A stretch of 49,560 nucleotides of DNA, from assembly GCA_023436525.1 (NCBI GenBank), contig JAEZIW010000088.1, forward strand, positions 1-49,560, in the 5' to 3' direction. This DNA is from Bacillota bacterium (GTDB lineage: Bacteria > Bacillota > Clostridia > Christensenellales > SZUA-584). Below the pieces are notes generated by a model. It saw nothing but the letters and a program-made list of their open reading frames with translations, was not told the origin of the DNA and ran no database searches. A program made the translations under genes and the position numbers. Of this stretch, positions 7,461 through 17,097 are shown piece by piece. Position 1 is the stretch's first letter; the number at the start of each line of letters is the position of its first letter.

Positions 7461-9686
7461 ATGACGAGTATTGAGGGCACGGTGCTCGAAATCAATTTTC
7501 GCAATGACGAAAACGGCTGGACAGTGATGTCGCTGGATTTCAACGGCGAGCTGACCACCGCTGTCGGCTGTCTGCCGCACATCCACGAGGGTGAGTTTGT
7601 GCGGCTTTTCGGCGCGTGGACGGAGCACCGGATGTACGGCCGCCAGTTTTCGGTAAAATCGGTGGAAACGCGGCTGCCCAACACTGCCGAATCCATCCGC
7701 ATGTTCTTATCGAGCGGGCTCATCAAGGGCGTGGGCGACGCGATTGCGGGGCGCATTGTGGACGCGTTCGGCGAAAACACGTTTGACGTGATTGAAAACA
7801 GCCCGGAGCTGCTTGCCGAAGTCAGAGGCGTCAGCCATAAGCTCGCGATGAGCATTGCCGAAAGCTTTGCGGACCACATCGGCGTGAAGCAGGTGATTAT
7901 TGATCTGCAGAATCTGGGGCTCTCCGTTCGGCAGGCATTTCGCGTGTTCGAGCGCTACGGTGCCGCCGCACCGATGCTGATACAGGAAAACCCTTACCGC
8001 ATGATCGACGATATTTCGGGCATCGGCTTTGAGCGCGCCGACAAAATAGCGGGCACCATCGGTATCGACAAAAATTCCGAATACCGTATTGATATGGGCA
8101 TTAAATACGAGCTGCTCACCGCGATGGGTGAGGGGCATACGTGCCTGCCGCGCCAGGAGCTGCGCCGCCACGCTGCCAAGATGCTCGGCGTGGACGAAAA
8201 ACTGATTGATGCGCGCATCAGCGCGCTGACGCTGGCCGACGAGATTGCGCAAAAATTCGTTAACAACACGCCTGCCGTGTTTCACATGGCGGCCTACGTC
8301 ACCGAAAGCGATGTCGCACGGCGGCTGTATATACTCTCCAAGTGCCGCCCGCGCATACCGATTCCGGACGTTTCTCATGCTTACGAGCGTTATATCGGCA
8401 ATGTGAACCTGTCGGAAGAGCAGGAGCGCGCGGTGCTGATGGCGCTTTCGAATCAGGTTGCGGTGATCACGGGGGGGCCGGGCACCGGCAAAACGACAAT
8501 CACCAAGGCCATCATCTCACTGTTTGAGCAATGCGGCGTCACCACGGCGCTGTGTGCACCCACGGGCCGGGCGGCCAAGCGCATTGAGCAATCGACAGGG
8601 CGCGAGGCGAAAACCATTCACCGGCTGCTTGAATACGGCATTGGTGCCGACGACGATTACGATACGGGCATTCGCTTTATTCGCAACGACGACAACCCGC
8701 TGGAAGCCGAAGCGGTGATTGTGGACGAAGCGTCGATGGTGGATATATTTTTGATGCGGGCGCTGCTGCGCGCGCTGTCAGACGGTACGCGGCTCGTCAT
8801 CGTGGGCGATGCGGATCAGCTGCCTTCGGTGGGCCCCGGCAACGTATTAAGAGATGTTATCAAGAGCGGCGCTTTTCCGGTCACGCAGCTGACGCGCTTT
8901 TACCGCCAAAAGGAAGGCGGCAGCATTGTGGAAAACGCGCACCGCGTGAATCGCGGTGAAAACCCCGAGTTTTACGTCACGGGCGATTTTCTGTTCATCC
9001 CGGAAAGCGAGCCGGAGGCTGTTATCACGCGGCTGAAAAAGCTGCTGACCGAAGGGGAAATACCCGGCAAGTATGATATATTGGAACAGACGCAGATACT
9101 CTGTCCGATCAAGAAAGGCTTGCTCGGCGTGTATAACATCAACATGGAGCTGCGCGAGCTGCTAAACCCGCGCCTTGCTACGCGCGAAGAGGTGCAGGTC
9201 GGCGATACGCTTTTTCGCACCGGCGACAAAGTGATGCAGACCAAGAACAACTACAGCATGGAATGGTTCGTTGCCGACGATAAGCTGTTTCACCACAAAG
9301 GGCTTGGCGTTTTCAACGGAGACCTCGGGCGTATCGTGCGCATCGACAACGATTTGAAGGAAGCGACAATTCGCTTTGACGGCAACCGCGACGCGATCTA
9401 CGCGTTCGCCGAGCTGGAGCAGATTGAGCACGCGTACGCGGTCACGGTACACAAATCGCAGGGCAGCGAATTTCCGGTGGTGATGATGCCGCTGATGGCA
9501 GGCGGCGGACGGTTTCTCTCGCGAAACCTGCTATACACCGCATTGACGCGCGCGATGGAGAAGGTGATTATCATCGGGCAGCAGAGCACCGTGGAATATA
9601 TGGTGAGCAACAACCGCATTCGCGGGCGCTACACCACGCTCGACCACGAGATCAAGGACTTAGCCGTGATACTGGGGGCGATGTAA
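7461..9686 (+). CDS. recD2: ATP-dependent RecD-like DNA helicase (RecD2, SF1B)
   Basis: 741 aa. N-terminal OB/HhH region, Walker A VITGGPGTGKTT, Walker B VIVDEASMVD, and the C-terminal motif AVTVHKSQGSEF. Confidence 0.95.
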   Translation: MTSIEGTVLEINFRNDENGWTVMSLDFNGELTTAVGCLPHIHEGEFVRLFGAWTEHRMYGRQFSVKSVETRLPNTAESIRMFLSSGLIKGVGDAIAGRIVDAFGENTFDVIENSPELLAEVRGVSHKLAMSIAESFADHIGVKQVIIDLQNLGLSVRQAFRVFERYGAAAPMLIQENPYRMIDDISGIGFERADKIAGTIGIDKNSEYRIDMGIKYELLTAMGEGHTCLPRQELRRHAAKMLGVDEKLIDARISALTLADEIAQKFVNNTPAVFHMAAYVTESDVARRLYILSKCRPRIPIPDVSHAYERYIGNVNLSEEQERAVLMALSNQVAVITGGPGTGKTTITKAIISLFEQCGVTTALCAPTGRAAKRIEQSTGREAKTIHRLLEYGIGADDDYDTGIRFIRNDDNPLEAEAVIVDEASMVDIFLMRALLRALSDGTRLVIVGDADQLPSVGPGNVLRDVIKSGAFPVTQLTRFYRQKEGGSIVENAHRVNRGENPEFYVTGDFLFIPESEPEAVITRLKKLLTEGEIPGKYDILEQTQILCPIKKGLLGVYNINMELRELLNPRLATREEVQVGDTLFRTGDKVMQTKNNYSMEWFVADDKLFHHKGLGVFNGDLGRIVRIDNDLKEATIRFDGNRDAIYAFAELEQIEHAYAVTVHKSQGSEFPVVMMPLMAGGGRFLSRNLLYTALTRAMEKVIIIGQQSTVEYMVSNNRIRGRYTTLDHEIKDLAVILGAM

Positions 9687-9687
9687 G

Positions 9688-10329
9688 TTGCGGCTGTTTT
9701 CGGCGATATGGGAAACACTGTTTCCGTATATTAAAAAATGCGTGGTCTGCGGCACCGAAAAAGCGGTGACGGATTATCTTTGCCCGACCTGCGGCCTCGC
9801 GATGCACAAGCTGACGGCGGATAGAGCTGATGCCCAGTGCGCTTGCGCGGCATATCTATACGATGACCCCGCGGCACGCATTGTGCAGCGCTATAAGTAC
9901 GGCGGCAGCCGGTATCTTGCCGGATTCATGGCACAGGCCATGCTGCGCGCGTCCATTGAAGCGCAAATCAGTTTTGACTATGTCTGTCATGTGCCGCTGC
10001 ATAAGAAAAAGCGGCGCAAGCGCGGTTTCGATCAGGCCTCGCTGCTGGCACAGCGTTTGGCAGAGCTGACGGGCAAGCCGCATATTGATGCAATCAAACG
10101 CATACGCAACACACCGTCACAGACGAGGTTGAACAGTCAGCAGCGTAAGGAGAACATGCGCGGCGCGTTTGAAGCTGTGCAGTCCGTCTCGGGGCGTGTG
10201 CTGCTGGTGGACGATGTGTTCACCACGGGTGCGACAGCCGCCGAGTGCGCTGGCGTGCTCAAGGAAGCGGGCGCGGCAGAGGTGACGGTGCTCACGTTTG
10301 CCCGGGCAAAGGATCCAACAGCTCAATAG
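9688..10329 (+). CDS. comFC: ComF family protein (phosphoribosyltransferase-like, ComFC)
   Basis: N-terminal zinc-finger cysteines (CVVCG...CPTCG) and a C-terminal PRTase motif VLLVDDVFTTGAT. TTG start lies 1 nt after the recD2 stop. Confidence 0.85.
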   Translation: MRLFSAIWETLFPYIKKCVVCGTEKAVTDYLCPTCGLAMHKLTADRADAQCACAAYLYDDPAARIVQRYKYGGSRYLAGFMAQAMLRASIEAQISFDYVCHVPLHKKKRRKRGFDQASLLAQRLAELTGKPHIDAIKRIRNTPSQTRLNSQQRKENMRGAFEAVQSVSGRVLLVDDVFTTGATAAECAGVLKEAGAAEVTVLTFARAKDPTAQ

Positions 10330-10392
10330 GAGATAATATTTTTGACGGTATACCGTCGCACCATATACGAAACTTAAAAGGAAGGAACCATC

Positions 10393-11562
10393 ATGGAATT
10401 CGCAAAAAGACTCGATAACGTCACTGGCAGCGCCATCCGCGCCATATTCGCGCTGCTCGCGCAGCCCGGCATGATCTCGTTCGCGGGCGGCAACCCGGCG
10501 CCCGAGAGCTTCCCCTCGGAAGACATCGCGCAAATCTCAAAAACACTGATCAGCCAAAACGGCAGCAGCATACTTCAGTATGGCGGCACACCGGGCATCG
10601 GGCAGCTGAAAGACACCGTCGTTTCAATGATGGCGCAGCGCGGCATCAACGCCGGGCCGGACAACGTCATCATTACCTCGGGCGCGACGCAGGGCATCGG
10701 CCTCGCGGCCAAAACACTCGTGAACCCGGGCGATGTGGTGCTGACTGAATCGCCGACGTTCATCGGCGCGCTGCAAACGTTTCTCACCTATGAAGCGGAT
10801 GTGAAGGGCGTCGAGATGGATGACGAGGGCATGATTATGGATGACCTCGGAAAGAAGCTCCAATTGTATAAACCCAAGTTCGTTTACACGATTCCGACCT
10901 TCCAGAACCCGACCGGACGTACGATGTCGCTGGAGCGCCGCAAGCAGATGATAGCCATCTGCAAAGCACACGGTGTGCTGATACTCGAGGACGACCCGTA
11001 TTGCGATCTTCGGTATTCGGGGCAGCCCGTGCCGCCGATAAAAAGCTTTGACGACGACGGCAGCGTCATTTACCTGATGAGCTTTTCAAAAATCATCTCA
11101 CCGGGCCTGCGTGTGGGGGCAGCGATTGCGGATGAACGTATCATTCAAAAATACAACATCGCCAAACAGGGCGAGGATTTGCACACGGCTAACCTTTCCC
11201 AGGAAATTGTGGATGCGTACATGCGCTCCGGCAAAATTAAATCGCATATCGAAACGGTTTGCGCGCAGTACCGCGACAAGCGCGACGCAATGCTAAAAAA
11301 GCTCGAGACGTTCCCGAAAGGCATTACGGTCACCAAGCCGGACGGCGGGCTGTTCATTTGGGCGGAGCTGCCGAAAGGCATGAATGCGGTGAGCTTATTC
11401 CAGCAGTGCGTGGATGCAGGGGTGGCGTACGTACCGGGTGTGCATTTTTACCCCGAAGGCGGTCACGAGAACACGCTGCGGCTGAATTTCTCAATGGCAT
11501 CGTTCGAGCAGATTGATAAAGGAATGGATATCTTAAAAGGCGTGATTGAAAAGAACATGTAA
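10393..11562 (+). CDS. PLP-dependent aminotransferase (class I/II)
   Basis: ISFAGGNP...P, TSGATQG, PTFQNPTG and the PLP-lysine region SFSKIISPGLRVG. Confidence 0.9.
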   Translation: MEFAKRLDNVTGSAIRAIFALLAQPGMISFAGGNPAPESFPSEDIAQISKTLISQNGSSILQYGGTPGIGQLKDTVVSMMAQRGINAGPDNVIITSGATQGIGLAAKTLVNPGDVVLTESPTFIGALQTFLTYEADVKGVEMDDEGMIMDDLGKKLQLYKPKFVYTIPTFQNPTGRTMSLERRKQMIAICKAHGVLILEDDPYCDLRYSGQPVPPIKSFDDDGSVIYLMSFSKIISPGLRVGAAIADERIIQKYNIAKQGEDLHTANLSQEIVDAYMRSGKIKSHIETVCAQYRDKRDAMLKKLETFPKGITVTKPDGGLFIWAELPKGMNAVSLFQQCVDAGVAYVPGVHFYPEGGHENTLRLNFSMASFEQIDKGMDILKGVIEKNM

Positions 11563-11575
11563 TACGGCATATGAA

Positions 11576-11607
11576 AAGCGGGCTGCAGCAAAGCGGCTCG
11601 CTTTTTT
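11576..11607 (+). terminator. Intrinsic terminator of the aminotransferase gene (also hairpin 1 of the first repeat unit)
   Basis: 10-bp stem agcgggctgc/gcggctcgct (two G-U pairs) followed by tttttt. Confidence 0.7.
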
Positions 11608-11950
11608 CACCCTTCGGGGTACAGGAATCTTTAATTTATTACGTAACAAAAATGGGCCGAACCGTAGTGAACGACCTCCGTGTCGTTCAGCTTTATTTTC
11701 GTTATACCATCCAAGTATATCCCTTGGGGATACAGGTATCTCTTTTTTTGGATTTTGTGAGTTGAGAAACGCTCATAGATATTGAAAAAAGAGCCCTGTT
11801 GGCGGCGTTTGCCGCGATCTGCGTTGTATTTCTTAACAGACAGACGCCGGGCTCTTCGTTGATGAGCGATCTCCGTATCACTCTGTGTTTTTGTATTCAG
11901 TGATCGCAGCGACCATACCCCGCCGGGGTACAGGTATCTCTTTTTAAATT
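11608..11950 (+). repeat. Repeat cluster A: three copies of the conserved core hairpin
   Basis: Cores: cacccttcggggtacaggaatcttt (11608-11637), tatcccttggggatacaggtatctcttttttt (11718-11749), ataccccgccggggtacaggtatctcttttt (11915-11945). A terminator-like hairpin precedes each core. Confidence 0.75.
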
Positions 11951-11963
11951 CCGTGTATTATCC

Positions 11964-12929
11964 TCATCCTATCCGCACCGCTGCGCTTCCGCGTTTGTGC
12001 CCTGTCTCTACGTACCGGTGCGCGTCCGCCATCTGTGTCATATCAAAGCTTCTGCCGATCACAGCCTTGAGCTGCCCCTGCTCCATCAACTCTCTTAAAA
12101 AATCGAGATCCTTTTTCTTATCCGCCGGTTTTCGAAGGCCTGTCGCCGCGAAAATGGCACGCTTACCTTTCGATTTGGATGTCAGCATCGCCGCCATCAT
12201 CGCGCCGCCTGTCGGCACCGTGGTTAGATACACGCCGTTGGGCGATAACGCTGCTTTGCACTTGCTAAACGAGCTTTTGCCCACCGCATCAAGTATTACA
12301 TCGTATGCATTTTCTCTCTGAGTGAAGTCTTCTATTGTGTAGTCAACCACGTTGTCGGCGCCAAGCTGCTTCAAAAACGCGACATTGTTCGGCCCGCACA
12401 CGGCTGTTACGATAGCGCCATAGTATTTGGCCAGCTGCACCGCGTACACACCCACACCGCCCGACGCGCCGTTGATAAGGATGCGCTGGCCTTTTTCCAG
12501 CTTCGCGTGGTCTCTTAAAAACGGTAGTGCCGTGAGTGCACCTTCGCTGACCGCCGCGGCCTCCTCAAACGACGTATCGGCAGGCATGATCGCCACTGCC
12601 TCAGCTTCGTTCAGCGCGATTAGCTCGGCGTTTGTTCCAAAATTCGTGCCGCTGCTGCCGTACACTTTATCGCCCGGCGTAAACGCACTGCCGCCCGGCT
12701 TTTCCACCATTCCCGCAAACACGTCGCCCGGGATACGCTTTGGTTTTGTGAAGCCTGTGAAGAAACGCGCGATAAACGGCTGTCCTTTTCGGAATGCACA
12801 GTCGGGGTCTGCCGCGACCGTCGCTTTGATGCGAATCAGCATACCGCCTTCTTTTGGAACCGGGTCTTTAACGTCTTGGATGCGCAGCACATCGGGATTT
12901 CCGTATTTGGTTACAACAATCGCTTTCAT
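11964..12929 (-). CDS. NAD(P)-dependent zinc-type alcohol dehydrogenase / quinone oxidoreductase (MDR family)
   Basis: MKAIVVTKYG...VLRIQDV, nucleotide-binding GQRILINGASGGVGVYAVQLAK, C-terminal HKRGSAAV. Confidence 0.9.
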   Translation of the reverse strand: MKAIVVTKYGNPDVLRIQDVKDPVPKEGGMLIRIKATVAADPDCAFRKGQPFIARFFTGFTKPKRIPGDVFAGMVEKPGGSAFTPGDKVYGSSGTNFGTNAELIALNEAEAVAIMPADTSFEEAAAVSEGALTALPFLRDHAKLEKGQRILINGASGGVGVYAVQLAKYYGAIVTAVCGPNNVAFLKQLGADNVVDYTIEDFTQRENAYDVILDAVGKSSFSKCKAALSPNGVYLTTVPTGGAMMAAMLTSKSKGKRAIFAATGLRKPADKKKDLDFLRELMEQGQLKAVIGRSFDMTQMADAHRYVETGHKRGSAAVRIG

Positions 12930-12930
12930 G

Positions 12931-13863
12931 TCAGACCTCCTGCACGGTGATGATCACCTTGCCGCGCGCATGCCCATGGCTGAGCTCTTGCAGCGCCTGT
13001 GGCGTTTCGCTTAATGAATATCTTGCGGCAATCACGGTCTTCATCTTACCCTGCGCCACAAGATCGAGATTGAAGGCCAAATCCTTCGGGTTCGGCTTTG
13101 CGGCCAGCATACGCACCTTTCTGCCGCCCAGTGACATGATGGGCCCGAACACCATTGTTTTAAATATCTGCTTCAGCGCGCCGCCCAGCACCACGCAAAC
13201 CCCGTTTGCCTTTAAAACAAGTTTGTAGGCCGACAGCGCGTAGCCGCCGTTCACCGCGACGACAACATCGTATCTATCCACAGCTTTGTCAAAGCTCTCT
13301 TTCGTATAATCGATCACCTTGTCTGCGCCGAGAGAAGAGACAAGCTCTGTGTTCTTTGGGCCGCAGACGGCGGTCACCTTCGCGCCAAAATGTTTGGCAA
13401 GCTGCAACGCATAGGTGCCCACGCCGCCGCCTGCGCCAACGATCAGCACGTTTTGCCCTTTCTTAACACAGCCCTTATCGCGCAGCGCCTGCAGCGCTGT
13501 TCCGGCCGCCACGGGCAATGCCGCCGCGTCTTCAAACGACACCGCATCAGGAACCGTCGCCAGAACGTCCTCGGGTACAGCGACGTATTGCGCAAACCCG
13601 CCGAGGCCACAGCCGGAGATATCCGCTGCCACGCGATCGCCCGGGAAATACCCCTTCACATCGCTGCCCACGGCTTCCACAACGCCCGCGATATCCGCGC
13701 CGAAAATCTTGTTTTTCGGAATGATACCCATGCGCATCGAACGGTAATCGAGCGCGTTTAATGACGCAGCGTGAATTTTCACAAGCACCTCATTCGACTG
13801 AGGCATCGGCATAGGCACATCACCGTAAACAAGCTGCTTTTTTTCATACACGACCGCTTTCAC
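12931..13863 (-). CDS. NAD(P)-dependent quinone oxidoreductase (MDR family), paralog of the adjacent gene
   Basis: [31 protein letters not shown] and C-terminal [11 protein letters not shown] start overlaps the stop of the upstream XRE gene (GTGA). Confidence 0.9.
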   Translation of the reverse strand: MKAVVYEKKQLVYGDVPMPMPQSNEVLVKIHAASLNALDYRSMRMGIIPKNKIFGADIAGVVEAVGSDVKGYFPGDRVAADISGCGLGGFAQYVAVPEDVLATVPDAVSFEDAAALPVAAGTALQALRDKGCVKKGQNVLIVGAGGGVGTYALQLAKHFGAKVTAVCGPKNTELVSSLGADKVIDYTKESFDKAVDRYDVVVAVNGGYALSAYKLVLKANGVCVVLGGALKQIFKTMVFGPIMSLGGRKVRMLAAKPNPKDLAFNLDLVAQGKMKTVIAARYSLSETPQALQELSHGHARGKVIITVQEV

Positions 13864-14090
13864 TTTATCTCTCCCTCCTTCTCATAATCGAAAACCTCGC
13901 CGATCGGCATCGCAAACGCATCCGCAATGCGAAATGCCAGCTCAAGTGAAGGCGAATATTTGCCCGCCTCAATGGCAATGATGGTCTGCCGGGAAACGCC
14001 CGTCTTCTCGGCCAGCGCCTGCTGCGTCATCTCATCCGCGAAAAAACGCAGCTTACGGATGTTGTTCGTAATCACAATTTTCTTAGCCAT
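13860..14090 (-). CDS. XRE family helix-turn-helix transcriptional regulator
   Basis: [50 protein letters not shown] is a classic Cro/C1 HTH. ATG at 14090 has aaggg 8 nt upstream. Confidence 0.85.
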   Translation of the reverse strand: MAKKIVITNNIRKLRFFADEMTQQALAEKTGVSRQTIIAIEAGKYSPSLELAFRIADAFAMPIGEVFDYEKEGEIK

Positions 14091-14565
14091 TGGACACACC
14101 CTTACGGTAATAATACAGGCCCGATAACCCTTCGATGATTGACCCTGCGCTGCTCGCTATAAAGAAAACATTGAGCATTACAGTCGGCGCAGCCCCCAGC
14201 ACGAGAGACACAAGCCCCGCGATAAAGCCGATCCCGGCAATAAAATACCCGACTTTCGATGATTTGAGATCGATCAGCTTCACCATTTCATCCTCCACCA
14301 TGCAAGCCTGCATCTCGGTTTCTATTCCCTTGTCCTCACACTTGCCCTTCTTGATAGCAAGTGATGCCGCGTAGATCATGTGAAAAATAATTTGAATGAT
14401 GATTGTTACCCCAATGCCGATGCCGATGAATATGAGCATCGTTGTTGCACTCTGCTTTATATCTCCCAGCGTTTGATTAATGCCAAACACAGTGATGCAA
14501 TATGCCGCGAGCACGAGCACGCCCGATACGATGGCGGCAATCGTTTTCTTTTCCTGATAAGACAT
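14083..14565 (-). CDS. Hypothetical integral membrane protein (about 4 TM), partner of the XRE regulator
   Basis: Start MSYQEKK (ATG at 14565) follows aaggag. It overlaps the XRE start by 8 nt. Hydrophobic helices are separated by a charged loop. Confidence 0.7.
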   Translation of the reverse strand: MSYQEKKTIAAIVSGVLVLAAYCITVFGINQTLGDIKQSATTMLIFIGIGIGVTIIIQIIFHMIYAASLAIKKGKCEDKGIETEMQACMVEDEMVKLIDLKSSKVGYFIAGIGFIAGLVSLVLGAAPTVMLNVFFIASSAGSIIEGLSGLYYYRKGVSNG

Positions 14566-14679
14566 AGTCTTGTTTCTCCTTAATTGGTTTATCTTGATGC
14601 TAAAGTACCACTCAGTTAACAATATGTCAAGTATTTTTTACACCGTGTCAAAACTATTTGTCTTTTTTGTTTTTGAAGA

Positions 14680-14710
14680 CAAAAAAACAGGCCTCATCGC
14701 GAAGCCTGTC
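14680..14710 (-). terminator. Intrinsic terminator downstream of the 14723-15265 gene
   Basis: Stem acaggc/gcctgt followed by ttttttt on the minus strand. Confidence 0.7.
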
Positions 14711-14722
14711 TTTGTTTCAGTG

Positions 14723-15265
14723 TTACAGCTTGCTGCCGCACTTGATGCAAAAGGCGGAACCCGGCGCATTTTCGGCGCCGCAATTGGCACAAACCTTCGG
14801 CGCGGGGGCTCTCGGCATAACCGGCGGAACCGGCGGCGCATACGGCGCAGCGGGTATTCCGCCCGCCATCCGCAGCATCGTATCGTTAAGCTGTGCGGTG
14901 TTTTCCCGGATTGACAGCAGAATCATGATCAGTTCGTAAACGAGCCGGATACCCACAACCGAAACCAACATGATGAGCCCTGTCAGCGGGCTTATGAACA
15001 AAGCGATAAATCCGCCCACCACGCAAACAACGGTGGCGGCAATGTATAGAACCTTAATGATGGATGACAGCCAGTATCTGTTGAAATTCAAAAAATCATA
15101 AAGCCACTTCGCACCGCCCGAATACCGTCCCCGGTTTTTTGCCGGCAAAAACACAAACAGCAGCACGATACCCAGAACCAAACCGATAACAGCCAAAACA
15201 ATGCTGATGGTGTTGATTGTGTGATATGAACCATAACCATACTCAAAAAATTCTAACGCTCCCAT
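14723..15265 (-). CDS. Membrane protein (DUF4282-like) with C-terminal zinc-ribbon
   Basis: TM-rich body followed by a proline-rich linker and CANCGAENAPGSAFCIKCGSKL. RBS aaggtgg. Confidence 0.72.
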   Translation of the reverse strand: MGALEFFEYGYGSYHTINTISIVLAVIGLVLGIVLLFVFLPAKNRGRYSGGAKWLYDFLNFNRYWLSSIIKVLYIAATVVCVVGGFIALFISPLTGLIMLVSVVGIRLVYELIMILLSIRENTAQLNDTMLRMAGGIPAAPYAPPVPPVMPRAPAPKVCANCGAENAPGSAFCIKCGSKL

Positions 15266-15381
15266 AGTGCAACCACCTTATCATATTATTTTTATATTTT
15301 TTACCACCGTCAACACCGGTTCAAACGTGCTTCACTTTTTGCTTTTTAATGCGTCTCTTTTTTGATATGATACATATTGCC

Positions 15382-17049
15382 ATGAAAAAGATCGTACTTA
15401 CCGCCTTAAACGCACGGTTTTCTCACAGCAGCCTCGCGTTGCTGTGCCTGAAGCATGCCGCGTTTAACGAAAAGGCCGTCACCGCAAAAGAATACAACAT
15501 CAACGATTCCGTTATGGATATCGCCGCCGATATTATCGCGCATGAGCCTGATATGGCGGGGTTTTCGTGCTACATTTGGAATATCGAGCATATCATAAAA
15601 ATCGCATCCGTTGTTAAATCGGTGCGTCCGCGCTGCCTCATCGTGCTCGGGGGGCCAGAGGTGTCGTTCGGCTGCGAAGAACTGATGGTTCAATGGCCGT
15701 TTGCCGATATGATCATTCGCGGCGCGGGCGAAGTGCCGTTTGCGTATCTATCGCAGTGTCTCGCAGAGGGGCAAAGCATTGACTCCACACCATCCGCCTG
15801 CATACGTACAAAGCACGGCATTATCACGACGCCTGAGGCCACGCCTTACAAGCTGGCCGACCGGCCGTTTTTGTATAACGATCTCAGCGCATTCGAAAAC
15901 AAGATGATCTATTACGAAACCAGCCGCGGCTGCCCTTTTCGCTGTGCGTATTGCATGTCGGCCGGGGAAGCGCTGAACTTTTTACCGATGGAACGCGTTA
16001 AAAATGAGCTAGAGCATTTTATGCGCGCGGGTGTGAAGCAAATAAAGCTTGTGGACAGAACGTTTAATCATCCCGATTCACGCGCGCAGGAGATTTGGGC
16101 TGCGCTGATTGCACTCAGGCAAAAATACCCGCTCAGTTCAACGAACTTTCATTTTGAGGTGTCGGCGAATCTGCTTAGTGATGAATCAATCCGTCTGCTC
16201 GCCAGCGCACCGGCTGGGCTGATACAACTGGAAATCGGCATTCAGTCTACCCATGGCGAAACGTTAAGCGCTGTGAACCGTGCGCACAATACGCAAAAGC
16301 TGCTGCAAAACACGGCGGCGCTTTGCCGCCTAAACAATCTGCGCGTGTATGTTGACCTGATTGCGGGGCTGCCGCTGGAAACGCCGGACAGCTTTGCGCG
16401 CTCGTTCGACGATGCTTACAGCCTCGGCGCAAACAGGCTGCAGCTTGGGTTTTTAAAGCTGCTGCGCGGCTCGCACATGCGTAAAAACGCCGATAAATAC
16501 GGCATCGTCTATACGAATCACGCACCTTATGAGGTGCTGAGAACGGATACGATGACATACGCCGATCTTCGCCGTCTTCACCGCATTGAGCAGGTGCTGG
16601 ACTGGCTTTACAACGAACGGCAGGCAGAAAAAACGCTTGAACTGCTGATTCGCGAATTTAAATCACCGTACGCTTTTTTCAACGATTTCACGTGCCATTT
16701 AATTGACACCGGGTATTTTACACGTCCTCAAAAAAAGCAGGCACTGTTCGAGCGGCTGTTCGGCTTCGCGAAACAAAAAACCGACGAGACTCTGCTGCGC
16801 GAATCGCTGAGCTATGACTGGCTAAACCTTGGCAAACCGGGCATTTGGCCGGACGGCATATCCGTACCGATTCTCAATCTTCGGGATACGGACAGCGGTT
16901 TGCCCGAAGACATCTCCTTGCGGGAGGCATCACGCCGGTATGTGCTGGCTGAATTCAGCCGCCTTTTTGATAAAACGTGTGTTCTGATGTTTGATTATTC
17001 AAAAACGCGGGGCGACGACGGCTTTGTGCGGATAAAAAAAGAGACGTAA
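15382..17049 (+). CDS. B12-binding domain-containing radical SAM protein (DUF4080-type C-terminus)
   Basis: N-terminal B12-binding-like domain and radical SAM cluster motif SRGCPFRCAYC. The start is uncertain (ATG at 15349, 15367 or 15382) because no clear SD is present. Confidence 0.85.
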   Translation: MKKIVLTALNARFSHSSLALLCLKHAAFNEKAVTAKEYNINDSVMDIAADIIAHEPDMAGFSCYIWNIEHIIKIASVVKSVRPRCLIVLGGPEVSFGCEELMVQWPFADMIIRGAGEVPFAYLSQCLAEGQSIDSTPSACIRTKHGIITTPEATPYKLADRPFLYNDLSAFENKMIYYETSRGCPFRCAYCMSAGEALNFLPMERVKNELEHFMRAGVKQIKLVDRTFNHPDSRAQEIWAALIALRQKYPLSSTNFHFEVSANLLSDESIRLLASAPAGLIQLEIGIQSTHGETLSAVNRAHNTQKLLQNTAALCRLNNLRVYVDLIAGLPLETPDSFARSFDDAYSLGANRLQLGFLKLLRGSHMRKNADKYGIVYTNHAPYEVLRTDTMTYADLRRLHRIEQVLDWLYNERQAEKTLELLIREFKSPYAFFNDFTCHLIDTGYFTRPQKKQALFERLFGFAKQKTDETLLRESLSYDWLNLGKPGIWPDGISVPILNLRDTDSGLPEDISLREASRRYVLAEFSRLFDKTCVLMFDYSKTRGDDGFVRIKKET

Positions 17050-17097
17050 GCCGTCTCAAAAATATAGTGAAATGTTTGAAGTACTGATTAGTTTGGG

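Noticed and set aside
7461-10329. RecD2 helicase plus PRTase-like ComFC considered as a two-gene defence module.
   Set aside because: Both are full-length housekeeping types (RecD2 with N-terminal HhH/OB, ComFC with zinc finger plus PRTase). There is no nuclease, sensor or island context.
11608-11950. Possible CRISPR array, because similar ~30-nt hairpin sequences recur at 100-200-nt spacing here and at 22.0 kb.
   Set aside because: The repeats are imperfect and the spacing is irregular (about 110 and 200 nt). The sequences between them are themselves homologous between loci, each repeat ends in a T-run, and no cas genes are present.
11950-11995. Similarity between tcctcatcctatccgcaccgctgcgcttccgcg (3' end of the MDR gene) and ccctcatccggcgcttcgcgcc at 33.99 kb.
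   Set aside because: The match is short and gapped, one copy lies within a coding region, and it is probably coincidental.
14723-17049. B12-binding radical SAM enzyme plus a neighbouring small zinc-ribbon membrane protein, considered as a RiPP-type cluster.
   Set aside because: The genes are divergent. The radical SAM protein has the common DUF4080-type architecture, which is not RiPP-associated as far as I know. There is no precursor peptide, protease or dedicated transporter adjacent.
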